A stretch of DNA of 64,000 nucleotides from Rhodospirillales bacterium (lineage in GTDB: Bacteria > Pseudomonadota > Alphaproteobacteria > SMXQ01): positions 96,845 to 160,844 of the forward strand of contig JABIXC010000007.1 of NCBI GenBank assembly GCA_018666775.1, written 5' to 3'. Position numbers and translations under genes: made by a program. Positions within the stretch are counted from its first letter, which is position 1. The number at the start of each line of letters is the position of its first letter. Below are positions 1 to 11,078 of this stretch, piece by piece. The notes beneath the pieces were generated by a model, which was not told where the DNA came from, ran no database searches, and saw only the letters and a program-made list of their open reading frames with translations.

Positions 1-214
1 GCTTGGCACATAACAACCGACACAAAAGACCATTAAGAAGACCCGCTCTATTACACCTATTCCAAGCACCCTTCTAGCACAGAAAAACTATTTGCATATA
101 ATAACTATTCGCAGCCTAATCGCGCCACAAATCTCTTCTAAATCCCCCTAAAACCCAATTGAGCTACCCTTTAAGGCCCATCGAACCCGGCCGATCACTA
201 GACCAATTACGGTG

Positions 215-1708
215 TTATCCATGATGTTTGCGTTTGAGGGTATGGGATGCCATTCCTGTGACATGCTCTGAAGCCTTTGGCCCATAGGTCTTGTCAATCA
301 TGGCAAGATAAGCGGGATTGTTAAAATATTCATCGAAGGCTCGATCTCTGAAATCAAGGACCTCTTCCGCCCTTAAATGATTGGTCGGCAAAGGCTGGCA
401 TTCATAGGCATGCTGCGAATAGCCGATCCAGCCCGGACCACCCTGATCACTGGGCAAATGCCATTTTTTATCGCAAGCAACCTCATAAAGTTCGGACCCG
501 GGATAAGCCATAGCAGAATAAAAATTAGCCCATTCCGTATTGAGGTGAAGTGCCATATCTAGGGTTTCGCGCATGCTTGCTTCGTCATCCTCAGGCAGGC
601 CAAAGATATAATTTGCGTTGACCGCAATGCCATGTTCACGCACTCTTTCGACCCTGGCGATGATATCATGATCACCAAAGCGCCCTTTGGTCACATCATC
701 GCGCACATGTTTGCTGGCCGACTCGATACCCACAGCCAGCCAATTGAAACCAGCCTTTTTCAGCTTCTCCAGAAACTTGTCCTGAATGGTGTCTATCCGG
801 GCATAAGCCCAGAAATTAAGATCGTAACCCCGTTCAATGACATGATCACAAATTCCGATAACGTGGTTCTTGTTCAAAACAAACATTTCATCGGGAATCT
901 TGATATTCCGAACACCGAATTTGGTGACCAGTTCATCAATCTGTGCAATGACATTTTCCGGACTCCAATACCGGATTCCTGCCCCGCCAAAAGGCGTATT
1001 GATACAGCAAAATGAACATTTGTAGGGACAGCCAAGGCTGGTTTGCAGCGAGGCGTAACTGCCCCGGCTATCAAGATCATGGAATGAATGCCAGTTATGT
1101 GCCCGATACCGGGACATATCCAGCAGTTCCCAGGCCTGACGTGGCAGCAAGGCATCAAGGTCTTTAAGTTTTTCCGCTTGGGGATTGGAGGCAACATCGC
1201 CATCACCATCGCGGTACCACAACCCAGGCACCGCTGAAAGATCCCCACCTTTTTTCAAAACAGTCACAAGCACCTCTACGGTCAGAGGCCCTTCCCCCTG
1301 GCAAACATAGGTATAGGGCTCTTCTTCAAGGGTTCGTTTTGGCAAAGCCGAAGGATGGGTCCCCATGACCAAGGTCGGGGTATCTGAAATTTCATTAAAT
1401 GCGCGACACGTTTTTGTCCCCCCCGGCATACATTGGGTTGATGCCGAAGGCTGTTGCCCATAGATGACAAAAACCACAAGACTGGCATCAAAATCAGCGG
1501 CTGCCTTGGCAGTTTGCTCATGGGTATAGCCCTCAGCCTCGGCATCGATGATGCCAACACCAAACCCCCGGTTTTTCAAAAATTCAGCCATCAAACCCGA
1601 CCATACCGGCGGCTCAATCGCTGCCAAATCGGTGGCCAAGCCTTGATAAACCTCAAGTCTGCTCGGCGGGGTGACAAAAAGAACGTCAAGTTTTTTCAAG
1701 GCTATCAC
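215..1708 (-). CDS. Cobalamin-binding (class B-like) radical SAM protein
   Basis: 497 aa. CxxxCxxC motif GCPYKCSFC, N-terminal B12-binding-like region (EPPVWSG...GTHPSALP, CQGEG), and GIES and YIFGLP motifs. Confidence 0.85.
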   Translation of the reverse strand: MIALKKLDVLFVTPPSRLEVYQGLATDLAAIEPPVWSGLMAEFLKNRGFGVGIIDAEAEGYTHEQTAKAAADFDASLVVFVIYGQQPSASTQCMPGGTKTCRAFNEISDTPTLVMGTHPSALPKRTLEEEPYTYVCQGEGPLTVEVLVTVLKKGGDLSAVPGLWYRDGDGDVASNPQAEKLKDLDALLPRQAWELLDMSRYRAHNWHSFHDLDSRGSYASLQTSLGCPYKCSFCCINTPFGGAGIRYWSPENVIAQIDELVTKFGVRNIKIPDEMFVLNKNHVIGICDHVIERGYDLNFWAYARIDTIQDKFLEKLKKAGFNWLAVGIESASKHVRDDVTKGRFGDHDIIARVERVREHGIAVNANYIFGLPEDDEASMRETLDMALHLNTEWANFYSAMAYPGSELYEVACDKKWHLPSDQGGPGWIGYSQHAYECQPLPTNHLRAEEVLDFRDRAFDEYFNNPAYLAMIDKTYGPKASEHVTGMASHTLKRKHHG

Positions 1709-1832
1709 GTCATATAATTGGTTATGGATTGGCTAAATGTATCATACAAGGCACGCCCTCAAACACATTTTTTTCCGCCGCAGATGGCCCCTTTTAATGA
1801 AAAAGAGCCCAAATGCCACACGAAAAGCGCGT

Positions 1833-2879
1833 TTAAAAAGGCCCCCGAAATTGGGTTTGATAGGTCAGTTTGGCCCGTTCAGGATCTGGCCCCCAATCAC
1901 TGGGGCCATTGACCATCTGATAGGCCGCTTGGGCAATGGTTCCGGGATTGGGATAGAACACATCTTCCAAAACCGGGGTCGTCGGACAGGTCGTTGGGGC
2001 ATACCCCATTCGTTTTACCTTAATGGGTACGCTATCGGGCCGTTCGACAACACCGGCGACGATTTCCGCACCGGCGCCACAGGTGGTCCAGGAATTATCA
2101 ACGACAAGCAGTTTCCCTGTACGGAACGCCGATTTTGAAATCGTCTCCAGGTCCAGCGGCACCAACGATATCGGATCTATGATTTCGGCATCAATCCCCG
2201 CATCAGCCAGAATTTCTGCCGCCCGAACACATTCCATGAACATGTTCGAAATGCCAACAATGGTAACATCACTTCCCGGCCGCGCAATTCGGGCTTTGCC
2301 AAACGGCACCGTATAACTTTCTTCTGGCACTTCCGCATCAGTGTTATAGAGCAACCGGTGCTCGACAAAAATAACCGGATTGTTGTCACGGATTGCAGCA
2401 ATCATGCAGCCCTTGGCATCATAGGCATTGGAGGGGGCAACAACCTTCAGCCCCGGCACATGCATAAACATGGAATATAGACCTTGGGAATGTTGCGCAC
2501 CCTGGCCCCAGGATTTCCCAATCATACTGCGCACGACCAACGGCACCTTAACCTGACCATCGTACATATAATGGGCCTTTGCCGCAATATTGACCAATTG
2601 GTTCATGGCCAGCATCAAAAAATCCATTCGAATATGAACATGGATCGGCCGCATGCCAGCCATTGCGGCGCCGATCGCCACACCCGTCATTGCATCTTCA
2701 GACAACGGCGTGCCAAACACACGTTCTGGACCGAACTGTTCCAAAAGCCCCCGGGTCGAGCCCTGGATCGCCTTATGGTCATCAACATCAAGGCCAAAGA
2801 TGAAAACGCTGGGATCAAGCGCCATTTCCTGAGCGAAGGCTTCTTGAAGGGCATCAACATACTGTAGAGAACGGCTCAT
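1833..2879 (-). CDS. TPP-dependent dehydrogenase E1 beta-like subunit (transketolase C-terminal family)
   Basis: Motifs FGPERVFGTPLSE, GMRP, GAQHSQ, PGLKVVAPS and NPVIFVEH. Confidence 0.9.
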   Translation of the reverse strand: MSRSLQYVDALQEAFAQEMALDPSVFIFGLDVDDHKAIQGSTRGLLEQFGPERVFGTPLSEDAMTGVAIGAAMAGMRPIHVHIRMDFLMLAMNQLVNIAAKAHYMYDGQVKVPLVVRSMIGKSWGQGAQHSQGLYSMFMHVPGLKVVAPSNAYDAKGCMIAAIRDNNPVIFVEHRLLYNTDAEVPEESYTVPFGKARIARPGSDVTIVGISNMFMECVRAAEILADAGIDAEIIDPISLVPLDLETISKSAFRTGKLLVVDNSWTTCGAGAEIVAGVVERPDSVPIKVKRMGYAPTTCPTTPVLEDVFYPNPGTIAQAAYQMVNGPSDWGPDPERAKLTYQTQFRGPF

Positions 2880-2882
2880 CGC

Positions 2883-3830
2883 TTAATCCGAATAGATGTT
2901 ATCAAAGACCCGTTCCAATTCTGGAAACGGGCTGGTCTCTGCAAAGTCGATGGCTTCTGCAACAAGCGCCTCAACCTCTGCGTCTATCCGTGTCCGATCC
3001 ACTGCGGGCAACATTGCACCCACTTTTTCGACTTGGTCCGCTGCACGCCATTTTTCCATATCTTTTTCAGAACGATACCCCGCATCATAATCCTTATTCG
3101 GACCAACATGTTCGTACCAACGATAGGTTTTGCATTCCAGAAATCCCGGGCCGCCACCTTTGCGCATGGCTGCAATCATTTTTTCTGCTGCCCCATGAAT
3201 GGCAAAAACATCAGAATCTTCGATGATCGTTGTGGGAATCCCATAGGTTTCGACGCGTTCAGATAGTTTATCTTGTGCCCAACGGCGCGTTGAAGGTGTG
3301 TGAATGGCATATCCATTGTTTTCACAAACGAACAGCACAGGCAATTTATGCAATGCCGCAAAATTGAGGCTTTCTGAAAACACGCCTTCTTCTGTGGCAC
3401 CGTCACCAAAAAAGGCCGCAACCACCCGGCCCTTTCCTTCTTTTTGAAAGGCCAGTGCATACCCAAGTGCAATGGGGACGGTCGTCCCGACCACGGCAGA
3501 CGTTCCCAAAACCATGTGTTCCATGTCAATCAGATGCATGGAACCACCCTTGCCGCCAGTGATGCCGCCAGACTTTCCATACAGCTCTGCGATCATGCGA
3601 TTAAGGTTGCCACCCTTGGCGAGATAGGTCGCGTGCCCTCTATAGGTGCCCGATGCTGCATCATCTGCGCGAAGGGCCTGGCAAATACCAACCGCGACGG
3701 ATTCCTGACCAATTGACAAATGGACAGGACTTTTAATTTTATCGCTGGGATAAATTTCTGCGATTTTCTCTTCGGCACGTCGAATGAGACGAAGAATGGA
3801 ATAGGCCTTCTCTACATCCAATGACGGCAC
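2883..3830 (-). CDS. TPP-dependent dehydrogenase E1 alpha-like subunit
   Basis: TPP motif GDGATEEG...ENN, plus HLSIGQE, YRGH and GKGGSMH. Start moved to GTG at 3830, which has an AAGGA upstream; the ORF track starts at 3944. Confidence 0.88.
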   Translation of the reverse strand: MPSLDVEKAYSILRLIRRAEEKIAEIYPSDKIKSPVHLSIGQESVAVGICQALRADDAASGTYRGHATYLAKGGNLNRMIAELYGKSGGITGGKGGSMHLIDMEHMVLGTSAVVGTTVPIALGYALAFQKEGKGRVVAAFFGDGATEEGVFSESLNFAALHKLPVLFVCENNGYAIHTPSTRRWAQDKLSERVETYGIPTTIIEDSDVFAIHGAAEKMIAAMRKGGGPGFLECKTYRWYEHVGPNKDYDAGYRSEKDMEKWRAADQVEKVGAMLPAVDRTRIDAEVEALVAEAIDFAETSPFPELERVFDNIYSD

Positions 3831-3999
3831 TACCGCATCCTTATTATTTGCACTCAATTTGAAAAATCCCCTTGGAAATACCCGGTTTAGGCCCTGGAAA
3901 GTTTGCTCGGAAAGTTTATTGTACTGCGCAGACTGTATACACACAATTACTACATAGGTATGGCCCCAATCCTACCTCATTGAAAACCAAATACACAAT

Positions 4000-4026
4000 C
4001 CAACCTGCCCAACCTACCCAACCCGC
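4000..4026. repeat. Three imperfect 9-bp tandem repeats (CCAACCTGC/CCAACCTAC/CCAACCCGC)
   Basis: Read directly in the intergenic region between the divergent genes. Confidence 0.6.
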
Positions 4027-4067
4027 CAATTGACAGACAATCATCCGTTAAGCGACAGCGCTGCCCG

Positions 4068-4096
4068 TTGACAAGGCCCCGGCTGCTCCCCATTCT
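4068..4096 (+). promoter_or_regulatory. Putative sigma70 promoter for the M23 peptidase gene
   Basis: TTGACA-N17-CATTCT about 45 nt upstream of the start. Confidence 0.5.
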
Positions 4097-4138
4097 AATC
4101 GCTGAGCGCAACCTCAAAAGCCTGGATCAGAAGCTTAA

Positions 4139-5500
4139 TTGATGTCCCCATCCCCCATTTCCCCCTTAAAATCATTGTTTTCCTTCCGGCCGGGGCTCGG
4201 CACCGTCGCCGTTATTGGCGCGCTCACCTGGGTGTTTGGCATATGGGTGGGGCCATGGCTGATGCCGGTCCAGACCCCCTACACCTTGGCCGCAATCGAT
4301 CACGAACATGAAATAGACCCCATGCGCCATGTGTTGGCCCTTAGTCGATCAGAGGGCGAGGCGGCGCCACGGATCACCCCACAAATTCGCACCATTTCTG
4401 TGCGGCGCGGCGACACCTTGATGAAAGTTCTGACCCGTGCCCGGGTTAATCGAAAAGAGGCCTATAAGGCCATTGCGGCACTGCGCAAGGTATTCAAACC
4501 CCGCGATTTGGCACCGGGCACCAAACTGGAAATTGCTTTTCTCCCCCTAAGCGATGCCGCCGATGCACGGCGTTCTTTTCGGGGTTTTGAATTCAAACCC
4601 GATGTCGCAAAGACCGTTGCCGTCGCACGGTCTTGGGATAACCGGTTTGAGGCTTATGTCTCCAAAACAAAGCTGGTCCATTCCCAGGCCCGGGCATCGG
4701 GCACCATTCGCACCAGTCTTTATGTCGATGCTGTGAAAGCGGGAATCCCTGTGCCGGTGATTGTTGAAATGATCCACGCCTTTTCTTTCGATGTCGATTT
4801 CCAGCGTGATATCCATCCCAATGATGGGTTTGAGGTTCTCTTTGATCGGTTGCTAACCCCTGAAGGAAAATTGGCGAAATCAGGCGATGTCATCTATGCT
4901 ACGCTAGTTTTAAAGGGAAAGCGCTATCCCCTGTATCGCCACCGCCTGCGCGACGGCACCCTTGATTACTTCAATCACAAAGGTGAAAGCGTGCGCAAAG
5001 CATTGATGCGCACCCCCATTGATGGCGCGCGCCTGTCGTCGCGATTTGGGCGCAGACGCCACCCCATTCTTGGCTATATGAAGGCCCATCGCGGGATTGA
5101 TTTTGCAGCCCCCCGGGGCACCCCCATCATGGCCGCAGGTCGCGGTGTGGTGGTGGCAGCGGGGCGCAATGGGTCTTATGGCCTTTACGTCCGCATCCGC
5201 CACAACACAACCTATTCCACGGCCTATGCCCATATGCGGGGCATTGCGCGCAGCATCCGGCGCGGACGCCGGGTTCGCCAGGGCCAAACCATTGGCTATG
5301 TCGGAACAACAGGGCGATCAACCGGGCCGCATTTGCATTATGAAATTCTGCGCAACAATCGGCGCATCAACCCATTGGGGTTAAAATTACCAACGGGTCA
5401 AAAGCTTAAAGGTAAAAAATTAAAGCGGTTTATGGCGGCACGGCGCGAAATAGACAAAGCCTTCACGAACCTTGGAGAAACGGCATCAAGCCGGCCCTAA
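4139..5500 (+). CDS. M23 family peptidoglycan DD-endopeptidase (MepM-like)
   Basis: N-terminal TM, LysM-like VRRGDTL, and zinc motifs HRGIDFA and GPHLHYE. Confidence 0.9.
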   Translation: MMSPSPISPLKSLFSFRPGLGTVAVIGALTWVFGIWVGPWLMPVQTPYTLAAIDHEHEIDPMRHVLALSRSEGEAAPRITPQIRTISVRRGDTLMKVLTRARVNRKEAYKAIAALRKVFKPRDLAPGTKLEIAFLPLSDAADARRSFRGFEFKPDVAKTVAVARSWDNRFEAYVSKTKLVHSQARASGTIRTSLYVDAVKAGIPVPVIVEMIHAFSFDVDFQRDIHPNDGFEVLFDRLLTPEGKLAKSGDVIYATLVLKGKRYPLYRHRLRDGTLDYFNHKGESVRKALMRTPIDGARLSSRFGRRRHPILGYMKAHRGIDFAAPRGTPIMAAGRGVVVAAGRNGSYGLYVRIRHNTTYSTAYAHMRGIARSIRRGRRVRQGQTIGYVGTTGRSTGPHLHYEILRNNRRINPLGLKLPTGQKLKGKKLKRFMAARREIDKAFTNLGETASSRP

Positions 5501-8122
5501 TCTAGGCGGCATTGAGCCACCGGCAATCTGGGCGGCGACAGCCTGTTTCCCATTAATCAAAAGCCCGTCTTTGCCAGAGGTCACTTTGACCGTTTCACCA
5601 TCTGCCACGGTGCCATCGAGAATCAGGTTCGCCAGCGGGTTTTGCAGGCTTTTCTGGATCACACGCTTCAGGGGGCGGGCACCATACACCGGATCATACC
5701 CGGTATCGGCCAACCAGCGCTGCGCGCCTTGATCCAGATCAAGGGTAATGTTGCGATCCGCCAAAAGTCCTTCCAGATGATGCAACTGAATGGAAACGAT
5801 TGCCCCCATTTGTTCACGGGTCAGACGCTGGAACAGTAAAATCTCATCCAGACGGTTCAAAAATTCAGGCCGGAAATGGCCACGAACCACATCCATCACC
5901 GCTTCGCGCATGGCAACGGGATCATCATCTTCGTCTTCTACAGCAGTTGCTGCCATAAATTCAGAGCCAAGGTTCGATGTCATGATGATCAGGGTATTGG
6001 TGAAATCCACGGTGCGGCCTTGGCCATCGGTCAGACGGCCATCGTCTAATACCTGCAACAAAACGTTGAAGACATCGCTGTGGGCTTTTTCGATTTCGTC
6101 AAACAAAATCACCTGAAAGGGCTTGCGCCGAACCGCTTCGGTCAGCGCCCCACCCTCTTCATAGCCAACATAGCCCGGAGGTGCGCCGATCAGGCGCGCC
6201 ACGGAATGTTTTTCCATATATTCCGACATATCGATGCGAACCATGGCGGCATCATCATCAAACATAAATTCTGCCAATGCCTTGGTCAGTTCCGTCTTGC
6301 CAACACCGGTCGGGCCTAAAAACATGAACGATCCAATGGGCCGGTGGGGGTCTTGTAACCCGGCCCGGGCACGCCGCACCGCATTGGAAACCGCCTCAAT
6401 GGCCACTTCCTGACCAATGACCCGGGCACCCAAACTGTGTTCCATGGAAAGAAGCTTTTCACGCTCTCCTTCCAGCATTTTGTCTACGGGAATACCGGTC
6501 CAACGTGACACCACGGCGGCAATGGCTTCCGGGGTCACTTCCTCCTTGGCTGATTTCCCTGCTTCAACCGCTTCTTTGGCGGCCAGTTCTTTTTCAAGCT
6601 CCGGGATAACGCCATAGCTCAGCTCTCCGGCACGCGCCAGATCGCCTTCGCGCTCAACAATCTCTAGCTCAGAACGCGCATGATCCAGCTTTTCCTTGAT
6701 TTTATGCGCCCCAGCCAGCTTTTCTTTTTCGGCATCCCACGTCGCCGTCAGCGCCAAGGATTGCCCTTCAAGGCCGGATAGTTCCGTTTCCAGGGCAACC
6801 AGCCGCGCTTTTGATGCCGCGTCATCTTCTTTCTTCAGGGCTTCACGCTCGATCTTTAACTGAATGATGCGACGATCCAGCTCGTCAATTTCTTCAGGCT
6901 TTGAATCCACCTCCATGCGCAGCCGGCTGGATGCTTCATCCATCAAATCAATGGCTTTATCGGGTAAAAAACGATCAGAAATATAGCGGTTCGACATCGC
7001 AGCCGCCGCAACAAGGGCAGAATCTGAAATTCTGACCCCATGGTGCAGTTCATATTTTTCCTTCAACCCACGCAGGATTGAGACCGTATCCTCCACCGTT
7101 GGTTCACACACCAAAAGCTGCTGGAAGCGGCGCGCAAGGGCGGCATCCTTTTCGATGTGCTTGCGGTATTCATCCAACGTGGTAGCGCCAACACAATGCA
7201 GCTCGCCGCGCGCTAGGGCCGGTTTCAGCATATTGGATGCATCCATGGAACCTTCAGCCGCACCTGCCCCCACCAGGGTGTGTAATTCATCGATAAACAA
7301 AATAATCTCACCTTCGGCGGCGGTGATTTCCTGCAACACCGCCTTCAGGCGTTCTTCAAATTCACCCCGGAATTTTGCACCGGCAATCAATGCACCCAGA
7401 TCAAGGCTCAGCAGTTTTTTATGCTTCAGGCTTTCAGGCACATCCCCCTTGATGATGCGCAGCGCCAGGCCTTCGGCAATGGCCGTTTTGCCAACACCAG
7501 GCTCACCGATCAAGATCGGGTTATTTTTGGTGCGTCTGGATAAAATTTGTATGGTGCGCCGGATTTCATCATCGCGGCCAATAACCGGGTCCAGTTTTCC
7601 GTCGCGCGCCGCCTCAGTCAGATCGCGGGCATATTTTTTCAAGGCGTCATAGCTGTCTTCTGCCGTCGCACTGTCGGCGGCGCGCCCCTTGCGCACATCT
7701 TCAATGGCCCCATTCAGATTCTGGGGTGTCAAACCACTGTCGCTCAGAATTTTGGCCCCATCCGTTCCCACGGCCATGACAAGGGCCAACAAGATACGCT
7801 CTGCCGTGACAAAACTATCGCCTGATTTTTCAGAAAGTTTGGCAGCGTTTTCAAGAACGCGCCCCAATTCCTGACCAATGAAAAACTGGCCCGAACCTTC
7901 TACCTTTGGCCGGGCTGATAACGCCGCTTCTGTCGCTTTCAATGCCGCCTTCGGATCAGCGCCAGCCTTGGTCATCAGATTGGCAGCAAGACCTTCTTCG
8001 TCTTCCAACAACACCTTCAAAAGATGTTCGGGCGCCATTTCCTGATGCTTGCTGTTTACAGCAAGACTTTGGGCGGACTGCATAAAGCCACGTGAACGTT
8101 CTGTAAATTTTTCAAAGTCCAT
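5486..8122 (-). CDS. clpB: ATP-dependent disaggregase ClpB
   Basis: 878 aa. Two AAA modules ([16 protein letters not shown]), coiled-coil M domain and GAPPGYVGY. Confidence 0.98.
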   Translation of the reverse strand: MDFEKFTERSRGFMQSAQSLAVNSKHQEMAPEHLLKVLLEDEEGLAANLMTKAGADPKAALKATEAALSARPKVEGSGQFFIGQELGRVLENAAKLSEKSGDSFVTAERILLALVMAVGTDGAKILSDSGLTPQNLNGAIEDVRKGRAADSATAEDSYDALKKYARDLTEAARDGKLDPVIGRDDEIRRTIQILSRRTKNNPILIGEPGVGKTAIAEGLALRIIKGDVPESLKHKKLLSLDLGALIAGAKFRGEFEERLKAVLQEITAAEGEIILFIDELHTLVGAGAAEGSMDASNMLKPALARGELHCVGATTLDEYRKHIEKDAALARRFQQLLVCEPTVEDTVSILRGLKEKYELHHGVRISDSALVAAAAMSNRYISDRFLPDKAIDLMDEASSRLRMEVDSKPEEIDELDRRIIQLKIEREALKKEDDAASKARLVALETELSGLEGQSLALTATWDAEKEKLAGAHKIKEKLDHARSELEIVEREGDLARAGELSYGVIPELEKELAAKEAVEAGKSAKEEVTPEAIAAVVSRWTGIPVDKMLEGEREKLLSMEHSLGARVIGQEVAIEAVSNAVRRARAGLQDPHRPIGSFMFLGPTGVGKTELTKALAEFMFDDDAAMVRIDMSEYMEKHSVARLIGAPPGYVGYEEGGALTEAVRRKPFQVILFDEIEKAHSDVFNVLLQVLDDGRLTDGQGRTVDFTNTLIIMTSNLGSEFMAATAVEDEDDDPVAMREAVMDVVRGHFRPEFLNRLDEILLFQRLTREQMGAIVSIQLHHLEGLLADRNITLDLDQGAQRWLADTGYDPVYGARPLKRVIQKSLQNPLANLILDGTVADGETVKVTSGKDGLLINGKQAVAAQIAGGSMPPRLGPA

Positions 8123-8214
8123 AATATGGCCCCCGACCTAGATCCTTCGCGCCAAAACATATACAGCGCGATTACAATGAAACCGTTAACCCCTTAAATA
8201 AATGGGTATAATTT

Positions 8215-8242
8215 ATATGGGAACGAATCAGAAAAAGACAAG
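8215..8242 (-). promoter_or_regulatory. Putative RpoH (sigma32) promoter of clpB
   Basis: Minus strand CTTG-N17-CCCATAT, matching the alphaproteobacterial RpoH consensus, upstream of a classic heat-shock gene. Confidence 0.7.
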
Positions 8243-8253
8243 AGGAAGGGTGA

Positions 8254-9159
8254 TTATTTCGCGGTTATTCGCGGTTTTTCAAGAATAACCATGGCTTCTT
8301 TCACGGTGAATACACCATCATCAAGGTTTGAAAACAATGCATTAAACGTGCTGCGATCAGATGGCGTGCAATCGCGAGGCAACACCGAAGATAGGGTTAC
8401 GTTGAACCCTGCATCTTTCATAATTGCTTCCACTTCGGAGCATTGCAATCGATTGGTATAGAAACCAGAGCGCTGTGAAAACCACGGCGCTTCCCATAAT
8501 TTTTCCGCAAACCGAAGATTATTATAGTCGCCCCCAAGATGATCCCTGAAATCAATCATGTGGGGACTGATGCCTCCGGGCTTCAAAATGCGAAAAAATT
8601 CAACCATGATCGGAAAAAATTGTTCTTTTGGAACATGCTCCAAAACCGCATTTGAAAAAATAAAATCGCACGCATCATCGGGAATTTTTTTTAGACTTTC
8701 TAACCCATCTTCCAAATAGGCCGTATCGCACAAATTGATGAGCGTCTGCACATTGGGCGCTTTTCGAAGCTGCCCAAGACCGGCATCTGGGGTTTCTTCT
8801 GAAAGCCTGACCAGAAGTTCACTGTAAATAGACAAGTTTTGCGATGCATAGGAGCCTGCATCCACCAGCCAACCAAATTTGGCACCTCGGGCACGGCCAA
8901 TCACGGCGGATGAAAGGGTGTCACCGGGGCCGAGTTCAAGGAAGGTAAATCCCGGCGGGGGGTTTCCGGCTGCCTCGTAACAACGATCGAACACCCCTAT
9001 GGCATAATCAGAATCCAGCATGCCACCGGGCCGAAAAAGGCCAATCATTTGCCATATCCGTCCACCCACCGGCAGGCGCGCCAAAATAACTTTGGTGGCA
9101 ATCTTGAACCACCAGGGGAACAGCGCTTTAAAAGCCTCTAACTTGCTTAGATTTTCCAT
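8254..9159 (-). CDS. Class I SAM-dependent methyltransferase, probably glycan-associated
   Basis: Motif I FLELGPGD, DFIFSNAVLEHV and RILKPGG. Likely start MENLSK at 9159, overlapping the asnB stop. Confidence 0.75.
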   Translation of the reverse strand: MENLSKLEAFKALFPWWFKIATKVILARLPVGGRIWQMIGLFRPGGMLDSDYAIGVFDRCYEAAGNPPPGFTFLELGPGDTLSSAVIGRARGAKFGWLVDAGSYASQNLSIYSELLVRLSEETPDAGLGQLRKAPNVQTLINLCDTAYLEDGLESLKKIPDDACDFIFSNAVLEHVPKEQFFPIMVEFFRILKPGGISPHMIDFRDHLGGDYNNLRFAEKLWEAPWFSQRSGFYTNRLQCSEVEAIMKDAGFNVTLSSVLPRDCTPSDRSTFNALFSNLDDGVFTVKEAMVILEKPRITAK

Positions 9160-11078
9160 TTTTCTTTCCACGCCTGAAACATCAAAATCGTCCATAATCG
9201 GTAAGACCAATTGCGCCGCCCTGAAAGGTGTTCCTGCCAATGAGCGCTGACCACATCGGCATTCAAAACCCCTTCATTTTTCAATCGCTCATGTGACAGC
9301 AAGGTTTCCGCCCAATCGCGCAATGGGCCTCTCAGCCAATCCCCCACCGGAACGCCGAAACCCATCTTTGGCCGATCTACCAATTCACGGGGAACATGGC
9401 GGTATAAAATCTGGCGCAAGGCCCATTTTGAAACACCCCCCCGGCGTTTAAACGAAGGATGCATCCGCCAGGCATGTTCCACCACCCGGTGATCCAGCAA
9501 CGGCACGCGGGCTTCAAGCGCCACCGCCATGGATGCCCGATCCACCTTTGTCAGGATGTCATCGGGCAGGTAGGTCACCGTATCAAGGTATTGCATACGC
9601 GAGAGAAAATTGGGGATATCCCCCCTCAGGGTGTCATCAAAAATGGCTCCCTGAATTTCCGATGCGCCTGGCACCAGAACATTTGGTTCTGACCATTGCG
9701 CACAGATGGCCCGATAAACGGCATCATCATCACATGCCTGCAAAACCCGGGAAAGTTTTGCCAATTTATCGCCAAGTGCCGGCGGGCGAAACCGGATGGG
9801 GATAGGGCGGGAGAAGGTATCCCAGGCGCCTGGGGGCAAAGCCCCGATCATGGACCCAAGGGCGCGCCGCAAAACCGGCGGCACGAACCCAAGCCTGGCC
9901 ACCCCGGCAAGGCGGTATCGATCATAGCCCGCGAATAATTCATCGCCGCCATCCCCCGACAACGCCACTGTCACGTGTTCACGGGCAAGCTTTGATATCA
10001 GAAAGGTTGGAATGGCACTGACATCGGCAAAGGGTTCATCATGCATCATTGGCAAATCAGGGATAACCGCCCGGGCATCATCGGGGCGCACGGTCAATTC
10101 CGTATGATCTGTCCCTAAATGGGCAGCAACATCGCGGGCGTGATTTGCCTCGTTGTAATCGGCTTCATCAAAGCCAATGGTAAAGGTTTTAACCGGGGCG
10201 GTGCTTTCGGCCTGCATCAAGGCAACGACGGTGGACGAATCAATCCCCCCTGAAAGAAATGCCCCCAACGGCACGTCGGAAACAAGCCGGCAACGCACGG
10301 CTTCGCGCAATTGGGCTTCCAGTGCATCCAGAGATGCTCCCTCATCAACCACCTTTCCCTGTGTCGTTTGAGAAACAATGGCGCGCAAATCCCACCAAGT
10401 ATGGTCATTGGCAACCCCATCCACACCAAATTCAAGCATATGGCCTGGGCATAATTTATAGACATTGCGATATATGGTGGCAGGGGTGGGAACGTAGCCA
10501 TGGCGAAAATAGGAAGCCGCCGCATCCCGGTCCAGTTCCCCTTTGAATTCAGGATGCGCCACCAGTGCCTTTAACTCGGATGCAAACATAATGGTCCGCC
10601 CCATGCGGCCCCAATATAGCGGCTTTATGCCCAACCGATCCCGGGCCAGAAACAGTCGGCGTTCACGTTTATCCCAAAGGGCAAATGCAAACATGCCGAC
10701 AGCGCGCTTTAGCGTTTCTTCCACGCCCCACCAGGCACAAGCCTCCAGCAGGATTTCTGTATCGCAGAGGCCGCGAAGTGTTGGCCCACCCGAAGCTGCA
10801 AGCGCACCGCGAAGCTCTTCTGCATTATAAATTTCGCCGTTATAGGCAATGACGAACCGCCCATCATTCGATGCCATAGGCTGGGCACCAGTGGCGCTTA
10901 AATCAATTACCGCAAGACGCTGATGCCCAAGAGCAATGCCCCCCGCCCCATCGGCCCAGGTGCCAGCACCATCGGGACCACGATGCGATAAGGTTGCCGC
11001 CATTCCCTTCACAATGTGTTCAAGCGCGCCTTTAGGCTGGCCACGAGCGAGGTCAAAAAATCCGGCAATGCCGCACAT
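9147..11078 (-). CDS. asnB: Asparagine synthase (glutamine-hydrolysing) family amidotransferase, polysaccharide-cluster type
   Basis: N-terminal MCGIAG, HRGPD, YNGEIYN, FLSGGIDSS, SGDGGDELF and KVDRASMA. Confidence 0.92.
   Translation of the reverse strand: MCGIAGFFDLARGQPKGALEHIVKGMAATLSHRGPDGAGTWADGAGGIALGHQRLAVIDLSATGAQPMASNDGRFVIAYNGEIYNAEELRGALAASGGPTLRGLCDTEILLEACAWWGVEETLKRAVGMFAFALWDKRERRLFLARDRLGIKPLYWGRMGRTIMFASELKALVAHPEFKGELDRDAAASYFRHGYVPTPATIYRNVYKLCPGHMLEFGVDGVANDHTWWDLRAIVSQTTQGKVVDEGASLDALEAQLREAVRCRLVSDVPLGAFLSGGIDSSTVVALMQAESTAPVKTFTIGFDEADYNEANHARDVAAHLGTDHTELTVRPDDARAVIPDLPMMHDEPFADVSAIPTFLISKLAREHVTVALSGDGGDELFAGYDRYRLAGVARLGFVPPVLRRALGSMIGALPPGAWDTFSRPIPIRFRPPALGDKLAKLSRVLQACDDDAVYRAICAQWSEPNVLVPGASEIQGAIFDDTLRGDIPNFLSRMQYLDTVTYLPDDILTKVDRASMAVALEARVPLLDHRVVEHAWRMHPSFKRRGGVSKWALRQILYRHVPRELVDRPKMGFGVPVGDWLRGPLRDWAETLLSHERLKNEGVLNADVVSAHWQEHLSGRRNWSYRLWTILMFQAWKEKWKI

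Noticed and set aside
1..214. G-poor non-coding stretch at the left edge
   Set aside because: No supportable ORF, RNA gene or repeat; context is truncated by the window.
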